Source of the DNA: Abditibacteriaceae bacterium
Lineage (GTDB): Bacteria; Armatimonadota; Abditibacteriia; Abditibacteriales; Abditibacteriaceae
DNA: 19,040 bases
NCBI GenBank assembly: GCA_031425655.1
Contig: JANPJS010000282.1
Location: 1 to 19,040 of the forward strand
Reading direction: 5' to 3'
Shown: in pieces, positions 1-10,452 of the stretch
Layout of the letters: each line of letters starts with the position of its first letter
Position numbering within the stretch: position 1 is the stretch's first letter
Position numbers and translations under genes: made by a program
Notes under the pieces: generated by a model
Told to the model about the DNA's origin: nothing
Databases searched by the model: none
What the model saw: only the letters and a program-made list of their open reading frames with translations

Positions 1-31
1 CCCTTCCCCTTAGCCGTTTCAAGGGGAAGGG
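1..31. terminator. Inverted repeat downstream of glnD (terminator or REP-like hairpin)
   Basis: cccttcccctt (1-11) pairs with aaggggaaggg (21-31), about 30 nt past the glnD stop. It may be truncated by the window edge. Confidence 0.5.
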
Positions 32-60
32 CCGGCGGGCGCCCTTTGGGCAGGGGGTTC

Positions 61-2748
61 TCAATTCGCCGCAGGCCGTTGGAGTTTTTCGCGCAGTTTG
101 TCCAAAATTTCGCGGATGTCGTCGTCGGGCAGTTTGTGGCCGTGGCCGGCTTCGCCGCGCCGCGTGACGTAAAACGAGTTTTCGGCGCGTCCGCCCCAAA
201 CCGTGATTTTCGCGGTGTGAATATCCAGTCCGATGGCCGAAAAACCGCGCGTGATGTGATAAAGCAAGCCGGGCAAGTCGTCGTTCACGATGGTGACGAC
301 CGTGTGTTCATCCGACAAGTCGTTGCGTGCCGAAATGCGTTCGGGCGCCAGTTCTTCGCAAGTCGCTTTGCCCGCTGTTTTCAAGACTTCTTCGACGGTG
401 AGATGGCCGACTAAAACCTCGCGCATCAAGGCGGCTAAACGGGCGCTGCGCGCTTCGGACATCGGGCGCCCGTTGGAAACGACGTGCAGGCGATCCAGCA
501 CAACGTCGGGGCCGGCGGCGTCCATCCAGCGCGTTCCGGCGGGCATATCGCGCGCTCGCAGCGTGTAAACGTGGGCCGCTAAAATGTCGCAGCCGACGGC
601 GTGCATCACGCCGCAAATTTTCGATAAGAGGCCGGGACGCGGGTCGTCGTAAGTGACAATCGTCATCTCGGTGAAGCCGCCGCGCGGCGGCTCGTAAAAA
701 TCGAGAATCAACTTTTCGTCCGGCAATTGATCGAGAAATTTCAGATGCGTGGCGATGGTCGGCAGCGGTGTGTTCAGCACGTAAGCGGCGGGCAGGCCTT
801 CGCAAAGGCGCGTGAGCGTGGCTTCGTCGAATTCCAAGTGGCGCAGCTCGCGGCGCAAACGCTCACGCTCGCGCTGCACCAGTTGCTCGCGCTGTTCCAT
901 ATCGTTCAGCACGGCGGCGGTTTCCTCGCGCGTCATCGCTAAAAGCGTGCGCTCGTAGAGTTCCTGCATCGCTTCCAAGTCGCGTTTGGCATACGAACGC
1001 TCGCCCACAGCGCAAGTGTCGGCCAGCGAAAGCAGATACAGCATCTTCAGCGTCGGCACGTCGCGCGCGTGCGCCATCACTTCGCGGATGGTGCCGGGAT
1101 CGGCCATATCGCGCAATCGCGCCATGCGCGGCAACAGCAAATGGCGCCGCACAAGCAGCGCCAACAATTCGTTGCGGTCGTTGGTAAGTCCCAATCGCAC
1201 GCCGATTTCCCGCGCCATGCGCTCGCCGCTGACCGAGTGATCCGTCCCACGTTCGATTTTGCCGACATCGTGCAAAAGCGTGCCAAGCACGAGAATTTGA
1301 ATGTCGTCTACGCCGTCCCAAACGCCGTAAAACTCATCGTTGTGCTGGCGTTGTTCCCATAATTCGCCAAGCTTGCGCACCGCATGAATCGAATGCTCGC
1401 CGACAGCCAATTGATGCGACGGGTCGCCCGGCGCCAAGTGCAGCATATCCTCGAATTCGGGAATGAAGCGTTGCAAAAGTCCGCGCGCACGGAGTTCGCT
1501 CAGCGCGTCGGCGGCGGACGTGACGTTGTGCAAAAGCGAGAAAAACGCCGAGCGCGCAACAGGCGAGCGCCGCGCCGAATCGGCCATGTGTGGCAGGGCC
1601 TCTTCGATGCTGCGTTCTAAATCGGGCGCGAAATCGAAGCCGTATTTGCGCGCCAAAGAAAAGGGCGTGAGCAGCAGTTCGGGATGGTTGCGCAGCGTGT
1701 AAGGATGCGCGGCGTGCAAGCGGCGATGAGTGGCCACAAAGTGATCGTCCAGCGGTAACGGGCCTTCGAGCAGGCGCCGCATCACTTTGTTGGAAAAGCG
1801 CGACGCGACCTCGGCGTGGCTGTAATAAGTGGCTAAAAACTTTTGTGTGGCGCGGCCTCCGGCGCCGGTGAAATGGCAGGCGCGCGCGCAGTGATCTTGA
1901 TATTCCACGCGCAGCACGTCGGTTTTTTTGCCGGTCGTGAGATGCAGCCAGACACGGGTTTTTAGGAAAAATTCGTAGGCGGTCGTGACTTTCGCGCAGT
2001 CTTCGCCCGTCACGATGCCGTGATATTCCAACGAGCGCAGCGATTCATCGGTTTTCAGCACGGCGCCCGCCACCCACAGCGCGGTTTGAATGTCGCGCAG
2101 GCCGCCGGTGCCTTCTTTGATATTGGGTTCAATCGCGTAAAGCGAAAGCGCCATCTGCCGCGAAGCGTTGCGGCGTTCTTCGGCTTTTTCGAGCACGAAT
2201 TCGACCGGATCCCAGGTATCGTAAAGTTCCTGACGAATGCGCACCGGCAGTTTTTCGCTGCCCGCGACCAAACGCGCTTCCAAAAGCGCAGCTTTTCCGG
2301 TATTATCGAGCCGTTGAATATCGTTGACGGGGCGGTAAGCGTAGCCGACTTCCATGCGCGAGCCGTCAATAAACACTTCCATGATGAGGCGAAAGGCTTC
2401 TTTGACAACCGCGTCAATCAGGGGATTTTCCTCTTCGGAAGGCACAAACGCGATGTCCACGTCCGAAAAAGGGCACAATTCCGCGCGTCCGTAGCCTCCG
2501 ATGGCCAAAAGCGACAGGCCGGAGGCGGGTTCGCTGTGCCCTCGGTCGTAGTGCCATTCGGGATGCTCGGCGTGAACCGCTTCCCACGCCGCCAAGTAAA
2601 TGCGGCGCAGCGTTTGGTCAATGAGTTGGGTGTATTCGGCGATCCACTCGCGCGAGGTTTGCGTTTGCGGCGAGCGCTTCAGCAAAAGCTCGCGGCCTTC
2701 TTTGAGGAAACGAGAAATTTCCGGCTGGTGAGGGTTGGAAGCAAGCAT
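61..2748 (-). CDS. glnD: [Protein-PII] uridylyltransferase / uridylyl-removing enzyme
   Basis: 895 aa. Nucleotidyltransferase motif GGYGRAELCPFSDVD, EPNIKEGTGGLRDIQ motif, HD domain (LLHDVGK) and two C-terminal ACT domains (DPRPGLLSKI, DLPGLLYHIT). Confidence 0.93.
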   Translation of the reverse strand: MLASNPHQPEISRFLKEGRELLLKRSPQTQTSREWIAEYTQLIDQTLRRIYLAAWEAVHAEHPEWHYDRGHSEPASGLSLLAIGGYGRAELCPFSDVDIAFVPSEEENPLIDAVVKEAFRLIMEVFIDGSRMEVGYAYRPVNDIQRLDNTGKAALLEARLVAGSEKLPVRIRQELYDTWDPVEFVLEKAEERRNASRQMALSLYAIEPNIKEGTGGLRDIQTALWVAGAVLKTDESLRSLEYHGIVTGEDCAKVTTAYEFFLKTRVWLHLTTGKKTDVLRVEYQDHCARACHFTGAGGRATQKFLATYYSHAEVASRFSNKVMRRLLEGPLPLDDHFVATHRRLHAAHPYTLRNHPELLLTPFSLARKYGFDFAPDLERSIEEALPHMADSARRSPVARSAFFSLLHNVTSAADALSELRARGLLQRFIPEFEDMLHLAPGDPSHQLAVGEHSIHAVRKLGELWEQRQHNDEFYGVWDGVDDIQILVLGTLLHDVGKIERGTDHSVSGERMAREIGVRLGLTNDRNELLALLVRRHLLLPRMARLRDMADPGTIREVMAHARDVPTLKMLYLLSLADTCAVGERSYAKRDLEAMQELYERTLLAMTREETAAVLNDMEQREQLVQRERERLRRELRHLEFDEATLTRLCEGLPAAYVLNTPLPTIATHLKFLDQLPDEKLILDFYEPPRGGFTEMTIVTYDDPRPGLLSKICGVMHAVGCDILAAHVYTLRARDMPAGTRWMDAAGPDVVLDRLHVVSNGRPMSEARSARLAALMREVLVGHLTVEEVLKTAGKATCEELAPERISARNDLSDEHTVVTIVNDDLPGLLYHITRGFSAIGLDIHTAKITVWGGRAENSFYVTRRGEAGHGHKLPDDDIREILDKLREKLQRPAAN

Positions 2749-2826
2749 CGGCAGATAGTTTGCGCTGTGCCGCGCGACATTGCCACGAGTGCGCGATTCT
2801 TCGTAACCTTAACCGGGCTTCGACGC

Positions 2827-2853
2827 GAACTTTTTGGGCGCGTTTTGGTCAAA
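2827..2853 (+). promoter_or_regulatory. Putative ECF (RpoE-type) sigma promoter
   Basis: GAACTT (2827-2832), 16 nt, TCAAA (2849-2853). It lies upstream of the AAGGAGG Shine-Dalgarno and the ATG at 2888. Confidence 0.5.
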
Positions 2854-2887
2854 GCCGTCATTGTTTTGAACTCAAGGAGGAATTTTC

Positions 2888-3379
2888 ATGTTGAAACACA
2901 GTTTGATTGCGGGACTGGCCTTAGCGGTTCCGGTTCTGACTTTTGCGCCACGCGGCGCTGAGGTCCACACCAACTTCGTGCCCATCGCGCACGCCGCCGA
3001 TGCGCCGGCCCTTACCGACGCCGAACTCGCCGGCAAAGCCTGGGACGTGCTGAATAAGCATTGCGTATCGTGTCACGGCGAAGGCAAAAAGAATTATCGC
3101 GCCGCGCCGATTGACAAAGGCACCCACGCCAAGCTCATCGAAAAGAAACAAGTGGTGCCGGGCAAGCCCGACGAATCAGAGCTTTACACTTATATGATTG
3201 ACCCCGACGATCCGATGCCGCCCAAAAAGGTTGTCGTGCGACCGACCGCCGAAGAAATCGCCACCATCAAAACGTGGATCGAAAAAGGCGCGCCCGCCTG
3301 GTCAACCGAAGCAAAACCGGCTGACAAACCTGCCGACGCACCCGCTGAGAAACCTGCTGACACGCCTGCCGCCAACTAA
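2888..3379 (+). CDS. Secreted monoheme c-type cytochrome (planctomycete cytochrome C / PSCyt1-like)
   Basis: Strong SD, N-terminal signal peptide, CxxCH motif (CVSCH), VVPGKPDESEL...MPP...IKTWIEKGA pattern and a Pro/Ala-rich tail. Confidence 0.85.
   Translation: MLKHSLIAGLALAVPVLTFAPRGAEVHTNFVPIAHAADAPALTDAELAGKAWDVLNKHCVSCHGEGKKNYRAAPIDKGTHAKLIEKKQVVPGKPDESELYTYMIDPDDPMPPKKVVVRPTAEEIATIKTWIEKGAPAWSTEAKPADKPADAPAEKPADTPAAN
3314..3373 (+). repeat. Intragenic 12-bp tandem repeat encoding xPAx five times
   Basis: Encodes KPAD-KPAD-APAE-KPAD-TPAA. Confidence 0.75.
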
Positions 3380-3407
3380 AGCCGGCGGTTTTCATTGAAC
3401 TTTGGCC

Positions 3408-3443
3408 CGCCGCCGTCTGGAAAGTTTTGGACGGCGGCGTTTT
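3408..3443 (+). terminator. Hairpin plus T-run between the two cytochrome genes
   Basis: cgccgccgtc (3408-3417) pairs with gacggcggcg (3430-3439), followed by tttt. Confidence 0.6.
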
Positions 3444-3451
3444 CTATCTTC

Positions 3452-4552
3452 ATGCCAGAACTTCCTCTTCCTAAATCCAACGTCGAGTGGCACGCTGCCA
3501 TCACTCATTTTCCGATCACGCTGCTCTTCGTGGCGGTTTTTTTCGATCTTGTTGCCTTGTTTTATCGGCGCCCAGGGCTGCGCGAATTCAGCCTGTGGAT
3601 GCTGACGCTGTGCGTCATCTCGCTGCCGTTTTCCCTGCTTTCGGGCTGGCTGACGGGCCGCGAATACAAACGCGCGCCGGTCGGCTACGATCAGCACTGG
3701 CAGGCGGCGGTCATCACGTCAGTCTTGGCGCTCGTGCTGTTAGTTTGGCGGCTGGCGGCTAAAGACAAATTGCCGCGCACGGCGCGCATCATGGCCTTAA
3801 CGCTGACCGGCGCCTGTGCGATGGGCGTCGGTTACACCGGGCATCAAGGCGGACTAATGGTTTTCGGCGGGCGCACTGCGGAAACTGCCGTCGCGGAGGT
3901 GCCCGCACCGGACGTTGGTGCGGAAAGAATCGCGCTTTCCGCCGATAAAATGCAAGTCGCCGCCGATAAATTGGGCGTTTCCACCGACCGATTGGCGCAG
4001 GCGGCAGCCTCTAAAGTCGCGCCGCCGCCGCCGATTGTCATTGAAAAGCAGCCAATCAACGTGGTGCCGGCGGACGCTTTGAACACCGCCGCGCAAAAAT
4101 TAGAAGGCGCCGCCGCGCGTTTCGAGCAAACCGCCAAGAAAATGGAGCAAATCGCCGAAACCTTGAAAAACACCAAAACTGCGGCACCGGCTCCTGTCGC
4201 GACGAGCGTTCAACCATCGGGCACGAAACCAAACGGCAAAACGCCAACTCCCGCTCCGGCAGCCACGCAACCGGCGAAAAGCGATCTCGACCCGAAACTC
4301 GTCGCTTTGGGCGAAAAGCTTTATTTCAGCGAGGATTTGGCTTGCGATTCCTGCCACAAAATAGATGGCAAAGGCGGCAAAAAAGGCCCGGATTTGACCT
4401 ACGCCGGGCGTTTGCACGGCGACATTGAATGGCAAATCGGCCACCTCAAAGACCCGGCGAAATACGTCCCCGGCTCGAAAATGCCCGACTATGCCGACCA
4501 AAGCCCTGAAAACTTACGTGCTCTTGCAGTTTTCATGGTCTCCAAAAAGTAG
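3452..4552 (+). CDS. DUF2231-like membrane domain fused to C-terminal cytochrome c
   Basis: Start taken at ATG 3452 rather than TTG 3395. WHAAITHFPI motif, about four hydrophobic helices, GHQGGLMVF, an Ala/Pro-rich partly helical linker, then CDSCH...GPDL...PGSKMP. Confidence 0.8.
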   Translation: MPELPLPKSNVEWHAAITHFPITLLFVAVFFDLVALFYRRPGLREFSLWMLTLCVISLPFSLLSGWLTGREYKRAPVGYDQHWQAAVITSVLALVLLVWRLAAKDKLPRTARIMALTLTGACAMGVGYTGHQGGLMVFGGRTAETAVAEVPAPDVGAERIALSADKMQVAADKLGVSTDRLAQAAASKVAPPPPIVIEKQPINVVPADALNTAAQKLEGAAARFEQTAKKMEQIAETLKNTKTAAPAPVATSVQPSGTKPNGKTPTPAPAATQPAKSDLDPKLVALGEKLYFSEDLACDSCHKIDGKGGKKGPDLTYAGRLHGDIEWQIGHLKDPAKYVPGSKMPDYADQSPENLRALAVFMVSKK

Positions 4553-4571
4553 GCGCGAAAACATGGTCTCA

Positions 4572-4616
4572 AAACAGCGAAACGCCGCGAGAATTTCTCG
4601 CGGCGTTTCGCTGTTT
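4572..4616. terminator. Palindrome between convergent genes (bidirectional terminator / REP-like)
   Basis: 22-bp perfect arms aaacagcgaaacgccgcgagaa / ttctcgcggcgtttcgctgttt around one central base. Confidence 0.75.
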
Positions 4617-4657
4617 GGTCAAGCAATTTTCGTAACGTGGGAGGTGGGTTCTGCCAG

Positions 4658-5161
4658 TTACGAATTCCGCGTGTCGCGCTTGGTTTCCTGACGCTGGGCT
4701 TCGATTTCACTTTCCATTTCTTCGCGTAAACGGTGCATTTCGCGCAGCAGTTTAAACACGACTTCCACGCCCGCTAAATTGACGCCGAGTTCCTGCGTGA
4801 GGTGCTGAATTCGCCGCACTTGTTCGATGTCCGATTCGGAATAAAGGCGGATGTTATTGCGTGTGCGCTGCGGCGTAATCAAGCCGATGCGCTCATACAT
4901 TCGCAGGGTTTGCGGGTGCGTTTCGACCATTTCGGCGACGATGGAAATATAATAAACCGCCCTTTGGCGGTCATGCTCCGGCAGGCTGCCCGACGGAGAT
5001 TCTTCGTCTTCGTCGTTTTGCGCTGAGCTTCGCGGCAGATCGAAAAGCAAATCGGTCACGGGCGGGCGGCGCAAAGGCACGGTGTTGAGTTCACCGTTGG
5101 AATCATTTACGTCGCTATTGGTCACGGGCACTTTTTGGGGGCGCTGCGGCATCGGTTTCAC
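4658..5161 (-). CDS. hspR: MerR-family heat-shock repressor HspR
   Basis: [31 protein letters not shown]...RLYSESDI...[15 protein letters not shown] is the HspR pattern, and the gene directly follows dnaJ. The start could be GTG 5161 or ATG 5152. Confidence 0.85.
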   Translation of the reverse strand: MKPMPQRPQKVPVTNSDVNDSNGELNTVPLRRPPVTDLLFDLPRSSAQNDEDEESPSGSLPEHDRQRAVYYISIVAEMVETHPQTLRMYERIGLITPQRTRNNIRLYSESDIEQVRRIQHLTQELGVNLAGVEVVFKLLREMHRLREEMESEIEAQRQETKRDTRNS

Positions 5162-5181
5162 CTGCCTGTTGAGCGGAGTTT

Positions 5182-6249
5182 TTATAAAGACGACGGCAAA
5201 TCGAGGCGCACATTTTGATCGCGCAAACGCATCAATTCACGAATAAGTTCTTCCTCGCGCGGGCCGAGGTTTTTGGGCACGGCGATTTTGACTTTCATGT
5301 ATTGATCGCCGGCGCCGCCTCTGGCGCGAGGCACACCGCGCCCTGAAAGTCGAAAAGTTTGGCCGCTTTGCGTGCCGGCGGGAATCTTCAGTTGCACTTC
5401 GCCGCTAATGGTTGGGACAGAAATCGTGGCGCCCAACGCGGCTTCGGCGAAAGTCAGCGGCACTTCGCAGTGCAGATCATCGCCTTCACGCTTCCAAAAG
5501 CGGTGCGGCGCGATGTGGATTTGCAAATGCAAGTCACCCGCCGGCCCGCCGCCCGCTCCCGGAGTGCCTTTTCCCGGAACACGCACCTGCTGGTCTTCGC
5601 CCACGCCGGCGGGAATCTTTACCGTAACGCTGCGCGGCTGCATCGCGCCGTTTTCGTCACGCGTCATCAGTTGAAAAGTCCGCTGCGTGCCACGAATGGA
5701 TTCGGCTAAAGAAATTTCCAGAGGATGAACGATATTTTCACCCTGCTGAGGCCCGCGACGACGTCCTCCGAGGTTAAATCCTGCACTTCTGCCGGCGTCT
5801 CCGCCGCCGGAACGCGTGCGTTTGCCGCTGAAGAAATTCTCAAATAAATCGCCGAAATCGGCGGGGTCGGCATTAGTTTCGACGCGCACGTTGCCCGGCC
5901 CGCGCTGCTGTCCGCGCACGGCCTGACCGAACAAGTCTTCCATGTTGGAGGCGCCGCCCGGCCAGCCTCCGGCAGCGCCGGGGCGATTGGCGCCGACGTT
6001 ATAACCGGCGGCTTGCGCCGCTTTGACCTTGTCGAAATCCGAACCGAATTGGTCATAAAGCTTGCGCTTTTCGGCATCGCTGAGAACTTGATACGCTTCG
6101 TTGACTTCTTTAAATTTCGCTTCCGATTCTTTGTTGTTCGGGTTGATGTCGGGATGATACTGCCGCGCTAATTTGCGGTAGGCCTTTTTAATATCTTTAG
6201 CGTCCGCGCCACGCGCTATTCCCAGCGTTTGATAGTAATCTTTGGCCAT
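5182..6249 (-). CDS. dnaJ: Class II J-domain chaperone (DnaJ/CbpA-like, no zinc finger)
   Basis: J domain with HPD, G/F-rich region and DnaJ C-terminal domain. No CxxCxGxG repeats. Confidence 0.9.
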   Translation of the reverse strand: MAKDYYQTLGIARGADAKDIKKAYRKLARQYHPDINPNNKESEAKFKEVNEAYQVLSDAEKRKLYDQFGSDFDKVKAAQAAGYNVGANRPGAAGGWPGGASNMEDLFGQAVRGQQRGPGNVRVETNADPADFGDLFENFFSGKRTRSGGGDAGRSAGFNLGGRRRGPQQGENIVHPLEISLAESIRGTQRTFQLMTRDENGAMQPRSVTVKIPAGVGEDQQVRVPGKGTPGAGGGPAGDLHLQIHIAPHRFWKREGDDLHCEVPLTFAEAALGATISVPTISGEVQLKIPAGTQSGQTFRLSGRGVPRARGGAGDQYMKVKIAVPKNLGPREEELIRELMRLRDQNVRLDLPSSL

Positions 6250-6262
6250 ATTTCACCCCTTT

Positions 6263-6344
6263 CTCGATGCTTGATGCGTGACTTTAGATGCTCGATGCTC
6301 GATGAAAAGGGTCATCTATCCAGCATCGAGAATCGAGTATCCAG
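6263..6344. repeat. Heptamer tandem repeats arranged as an imperfect inverted repeat
   Basis: Six CTCGATG-like units (6263-6304) face four CATCGAG/TATCCAG-like units (6317-6344). Confidence 0.8.
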
Positions 6345-6348
6345 CCTC

Positions 6349-6762
6349 TTACTTCACTTCAATCGGAATCTGGCGCGGTTTCACTTCTTCGCGTTTGGGC
6401 AGGCGCACGGTCAGCACGCCTTCGGTATAGGTGGCGCTGACTTGTGTTTGGTCAATCGGCACTTCGATTTGAAAAGCGCGCCGCCACGGGCCATATTGCC
6501 GCTCGATGCGATGATAATGCTCGCCCAGCGTGGCCGGAGCCAGTTTGCGGTCGCCGCGCAGTGTCAGCATATCGCCGCTGAGTTGAATATCAATTTCTTC
6601 GCGGCTCATGCCCGGCAATTCCGCGTAAAGCACTATCTCGTATTCGCTTTCGGCGACATCTACGGCGGGCGCCCACAAACGGGCACTCTCTCCGCGTTCT
6701 GCGGTCTCGAAAACGCGATTCATGCCTCCGCGCAAGCCCTGCAAATCGTGGCTGTGTTGCAT
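6349..6762 (-). CDS. Hsp20 / alpha-crystallin small heat-shock protein
   Basis: WAPAVDVAE, ELPGM, RIERQYG and GVLTVRLPK motifs. Start set at ATG 6762 with an AAGGAAG SD, because the longer ORF runs through the upstream repeat. Confidence 0.9.
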   Translation of the reverse strand: MQHSHDLQGLRGGMNRVFETAERGESARLWAPAVDVAESEYEIVLYAELPGMSREEIDIQLSGDMLTLRGDRKLAPATLGEHYHRIERQYGPWRRAFQIEVPIDQTQVSATYTEGVLTVRLPKREEVKPRQIPIEVK

Positions 6763-6774
6763 GACTTCCTTTGA

Positions 6775-6851
6775 ACAGTTTTGAGTTATGAATTTTGAGT
6801 TTTGAGTTGATTCGTCCAACACAAAACTCAAAATTCATAACTCAAAACTGT
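6775..6851. repeat. 30-bp perfect inverted repeat built from TTTTGAG-like heptamers
   Basis: acagttttgagttatgaattttgagttttg (6775-6804) is the exact reverse complement of 6822-6851. Confidence 0.9.
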
Positions 6852-6853
6852 CT

Positions 6854-8734
<1,881 letters not shown>

Positions 8735-8824
8735 AGTGGTTCACTCCCTTAAAATTCAGAAATCCTCGCGCTGCATGGCTCGGCAGTGTTGCTCCGAATG
8801 CCATTTCTCAAATGCGCTGCATTA

Positions 8825-8853
8825 ACTTTAAAATAAAAGCGATTTGAGTGCAA
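8825..8853 (-). promoter_or_regulatory. Putative sigma70-type promoter of the dnaK operon
   Basis: On the minus strand TTGCAC (8853-8848), 17 nt, TAAAGT (8830-8825). The -35 box lies inside the proximal HAIR-like site. Confidence 0.6.
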
Positions 8854-8862
8854 TGCACTCAA
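8844..8862. promoter_or_regulatory. HAIR-like HspR operator (proximal)
   Basis: TTGAGT-gcaatgc-ACTCAA matches the core of the HAIR consensus CTTGAGT-N7-ACTCAAG. Confidence 0.85.
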
Positions 8863-8985
8863 TCCAATGTGGCGAAAAGTCGGACACGTTTTGTGTGTTG
8901 CCTGCGAAATAAGCAATCACGCTTGTTTTGTCTCATAATGCACCTCCACATTGGCGAACACGTGATTCTGATGTTCACCCTTTAG

Positions 8986-9005
8986 TTGAGTGCAAAACGC
9001 TCAAG
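8986..9005. promoter_or_regulatory. HAIR-like HspR operator (distal)
   Basis: TTGAGT-gcaaaac-GCTCAAG has N7 spacing and one mismatch in the core. Confidence 0.75.
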
Positions 9006-9088
9006 TGCGGAGCGCGGTTCCTTTCGGAAAAGTGCATCCTATGGCGACACAGCAGTGAATTATTCGAGCGGAAGTCGTCTCCCGATAT

Positions 9089-10369
9089 TTATTCTTGTTG
9101 CGTTAGTAGCTTCGCAATCGCCGTTTCGAGCGGCAATTTTTCTTGCTCGGAAGTCGTTAAATCCTTGACGGCGATTACGCCTTCGCTTAGTTCGTTATCG
9201 CCAAGCAGGAGGGCAAAGCGTGCCTGCTGGCGATTGGCTTCGCGCATTTGCGCCTTGACGCTGCGGCCCACGAAATCGCAGTCGGCGCTGATGCCGGCAG
9301 CGCGCAGACGATTCAAAATGCCGACGCCCGCCGCGCGAGCCGCATCGCCCATTGTTACCAAAAACGCGGTCGGACGCGGCGCTGTGGGAATCGGCGCCTG
9401 CGATGCGGCGCGCACCAAAATCAGGCGTTCGATGCCCGCCGCCCAGCCGATTCCGGGAATGGACGGGCCGCCGAGTTCTTCGACCAACTTATCGTAGCGT
9501 CCGCCGGCCAAGACGGTGCTTTGCGCGCCTAATTTGTCGGAAACGAACTCGAAAGCGGTGCGCGTGTAGTAATCCAAGCCGCGCACCAACATTGGATCAA
9601 TTTCGTAAGCGATGCCTAAATCGTCCAAATAACGGCAAAGTTGCGCGAAGTGCGCGGTGGATTCCTCATCGTTGGCGCGCAGATAATCGAGCAAGCGCGG
9701 CGCATCGGCGATGGCGGCGCGGTCGCGCTCGTCTTTGGAATCGAAAACGCGCAACGGGTTGGTTTCGAGGCGGCGCTGTGAATCGTCGCTGAGCGTTTCG
9801 CGTCGTGCGCCGAGATAGATTTTCAATTCTTCGAGATAGCCCGCGCGGCTTTGCGGCGTGCCCAACGTGTTCAGCAACAGCTTAGCTTCGATGCCGAGCG
9901 CTTTAAGGAAATCGGCGGCAAAAGCCAGCACTTCGGCGTCCGATTCCGGCTCCGCTGCGCCCAAAAGCTCGATTCCGCACTGGTGAAACTGCCGTTGCCG
10001 CCCGGCTTGCGTGGCCTCGTAGCGAAACATCGGGCCGAGATAGCCCAATTTAGTAACCGGGCCGCGCTCGTTCAAATGCCCTTCGAGAAAAGCGCGCACA
10101 ACGGCGGCGGTGCCTTCGGGGCGCAGCGTATAGCTTTGCTCATCGAGCGCGACGAACGAATACATTTGCTTGGTCACGACGATGTCGCTGGCCTCGCCCG
10201 CCGCACGCGCGAATAGTTCCGTATTCTCGAAAATTGGCGTGCGAATTTCGCCGTAGCTGTATCGCGCGCACAGGTCGCGGAAAGAGTTTTCGATAAAGCG
10301 CCATTCGGCGATTTGCTCCGGCAGAATATCGTGCGTGCCGCGTGGCGACTGGAAATTTTTCTGGCTCAT
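9089..10369 (-). CDS. hisS: Histidine--tRNA ligase
   Basis: PRGTHD, LRPEGTA, FRYE...GRQRQFHQ, LVRGLDYY, GGRYD and GIERL motifs plus an anticodon-binding domain. Confidence 0.97.
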   Translation of the reverse strand: MSQKNFQSPRGTHDILPEQIAEWRFIENSFRDLCARYSYGEIRTPIFENTELFARAAGEASDIVVTKQMYSFVALDEQSYTLRPEGTAAVVRAFLEGHLNERGPVTKLGYLGPMFRYEATQAGRQRQFHQCGIELLGAAEPESDAEVLAFAADFLKALGIEAKLLLNTLGTPQSRAGYLEELKIYLGARRETLSDDSQRRLETNPLRVFDSKDERDRAAIADAPRLLDYLRANDEESTAHFAQLCRYLDDLGIAYEIDPMLVRGLDYYTRTAFEFVSDKLGAQSTVLAGGRYDKLVEELGGPSIPGIGWAAGIERLILVRAASQAPIPTAPRPTAFLVTMGDAARAAGVGILNRLRAAGISADCDFVGRSVKAQMREANRQQARFALLLGDNELSEGVIAVKDLTTSEQEKLPLETAIAKLLTQQE

Positions 10370-10452
10370 GGGACGGGCAGTTTAGTGTTCCAGCGCCGTT
10401 CGGACAAAGTTGGCGGGCACGCAACTCGCAAAACGCGCGGCCCGGAGCAATT

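Noticed and set aside
2020..2961. 313-aa plus-strand ORF antisense to glnD
   Set aside because: Shadow ORF in GC-rich DNA that overlaps two well-supported genes and has no recognisable motifs.
6763..6831. N-terminal extension of the Hsp20 ORF (MSFVLDESTQNSKFITQNC)
   Set aside because: It is read-through of the heptamer repeat, and a good SD precedes ATG 6762.
8780..8804. CIRCE-like inverted repeat TCGGCAGTG-N7-GAATGCCAT in the dnaK leader
   Set aside because: The spacer is 7 rather than 9 nt and there are several mismatches to TTAGCACTC-N9-GAGTGCTAA. It may simply be a 5' UTR hairpin.
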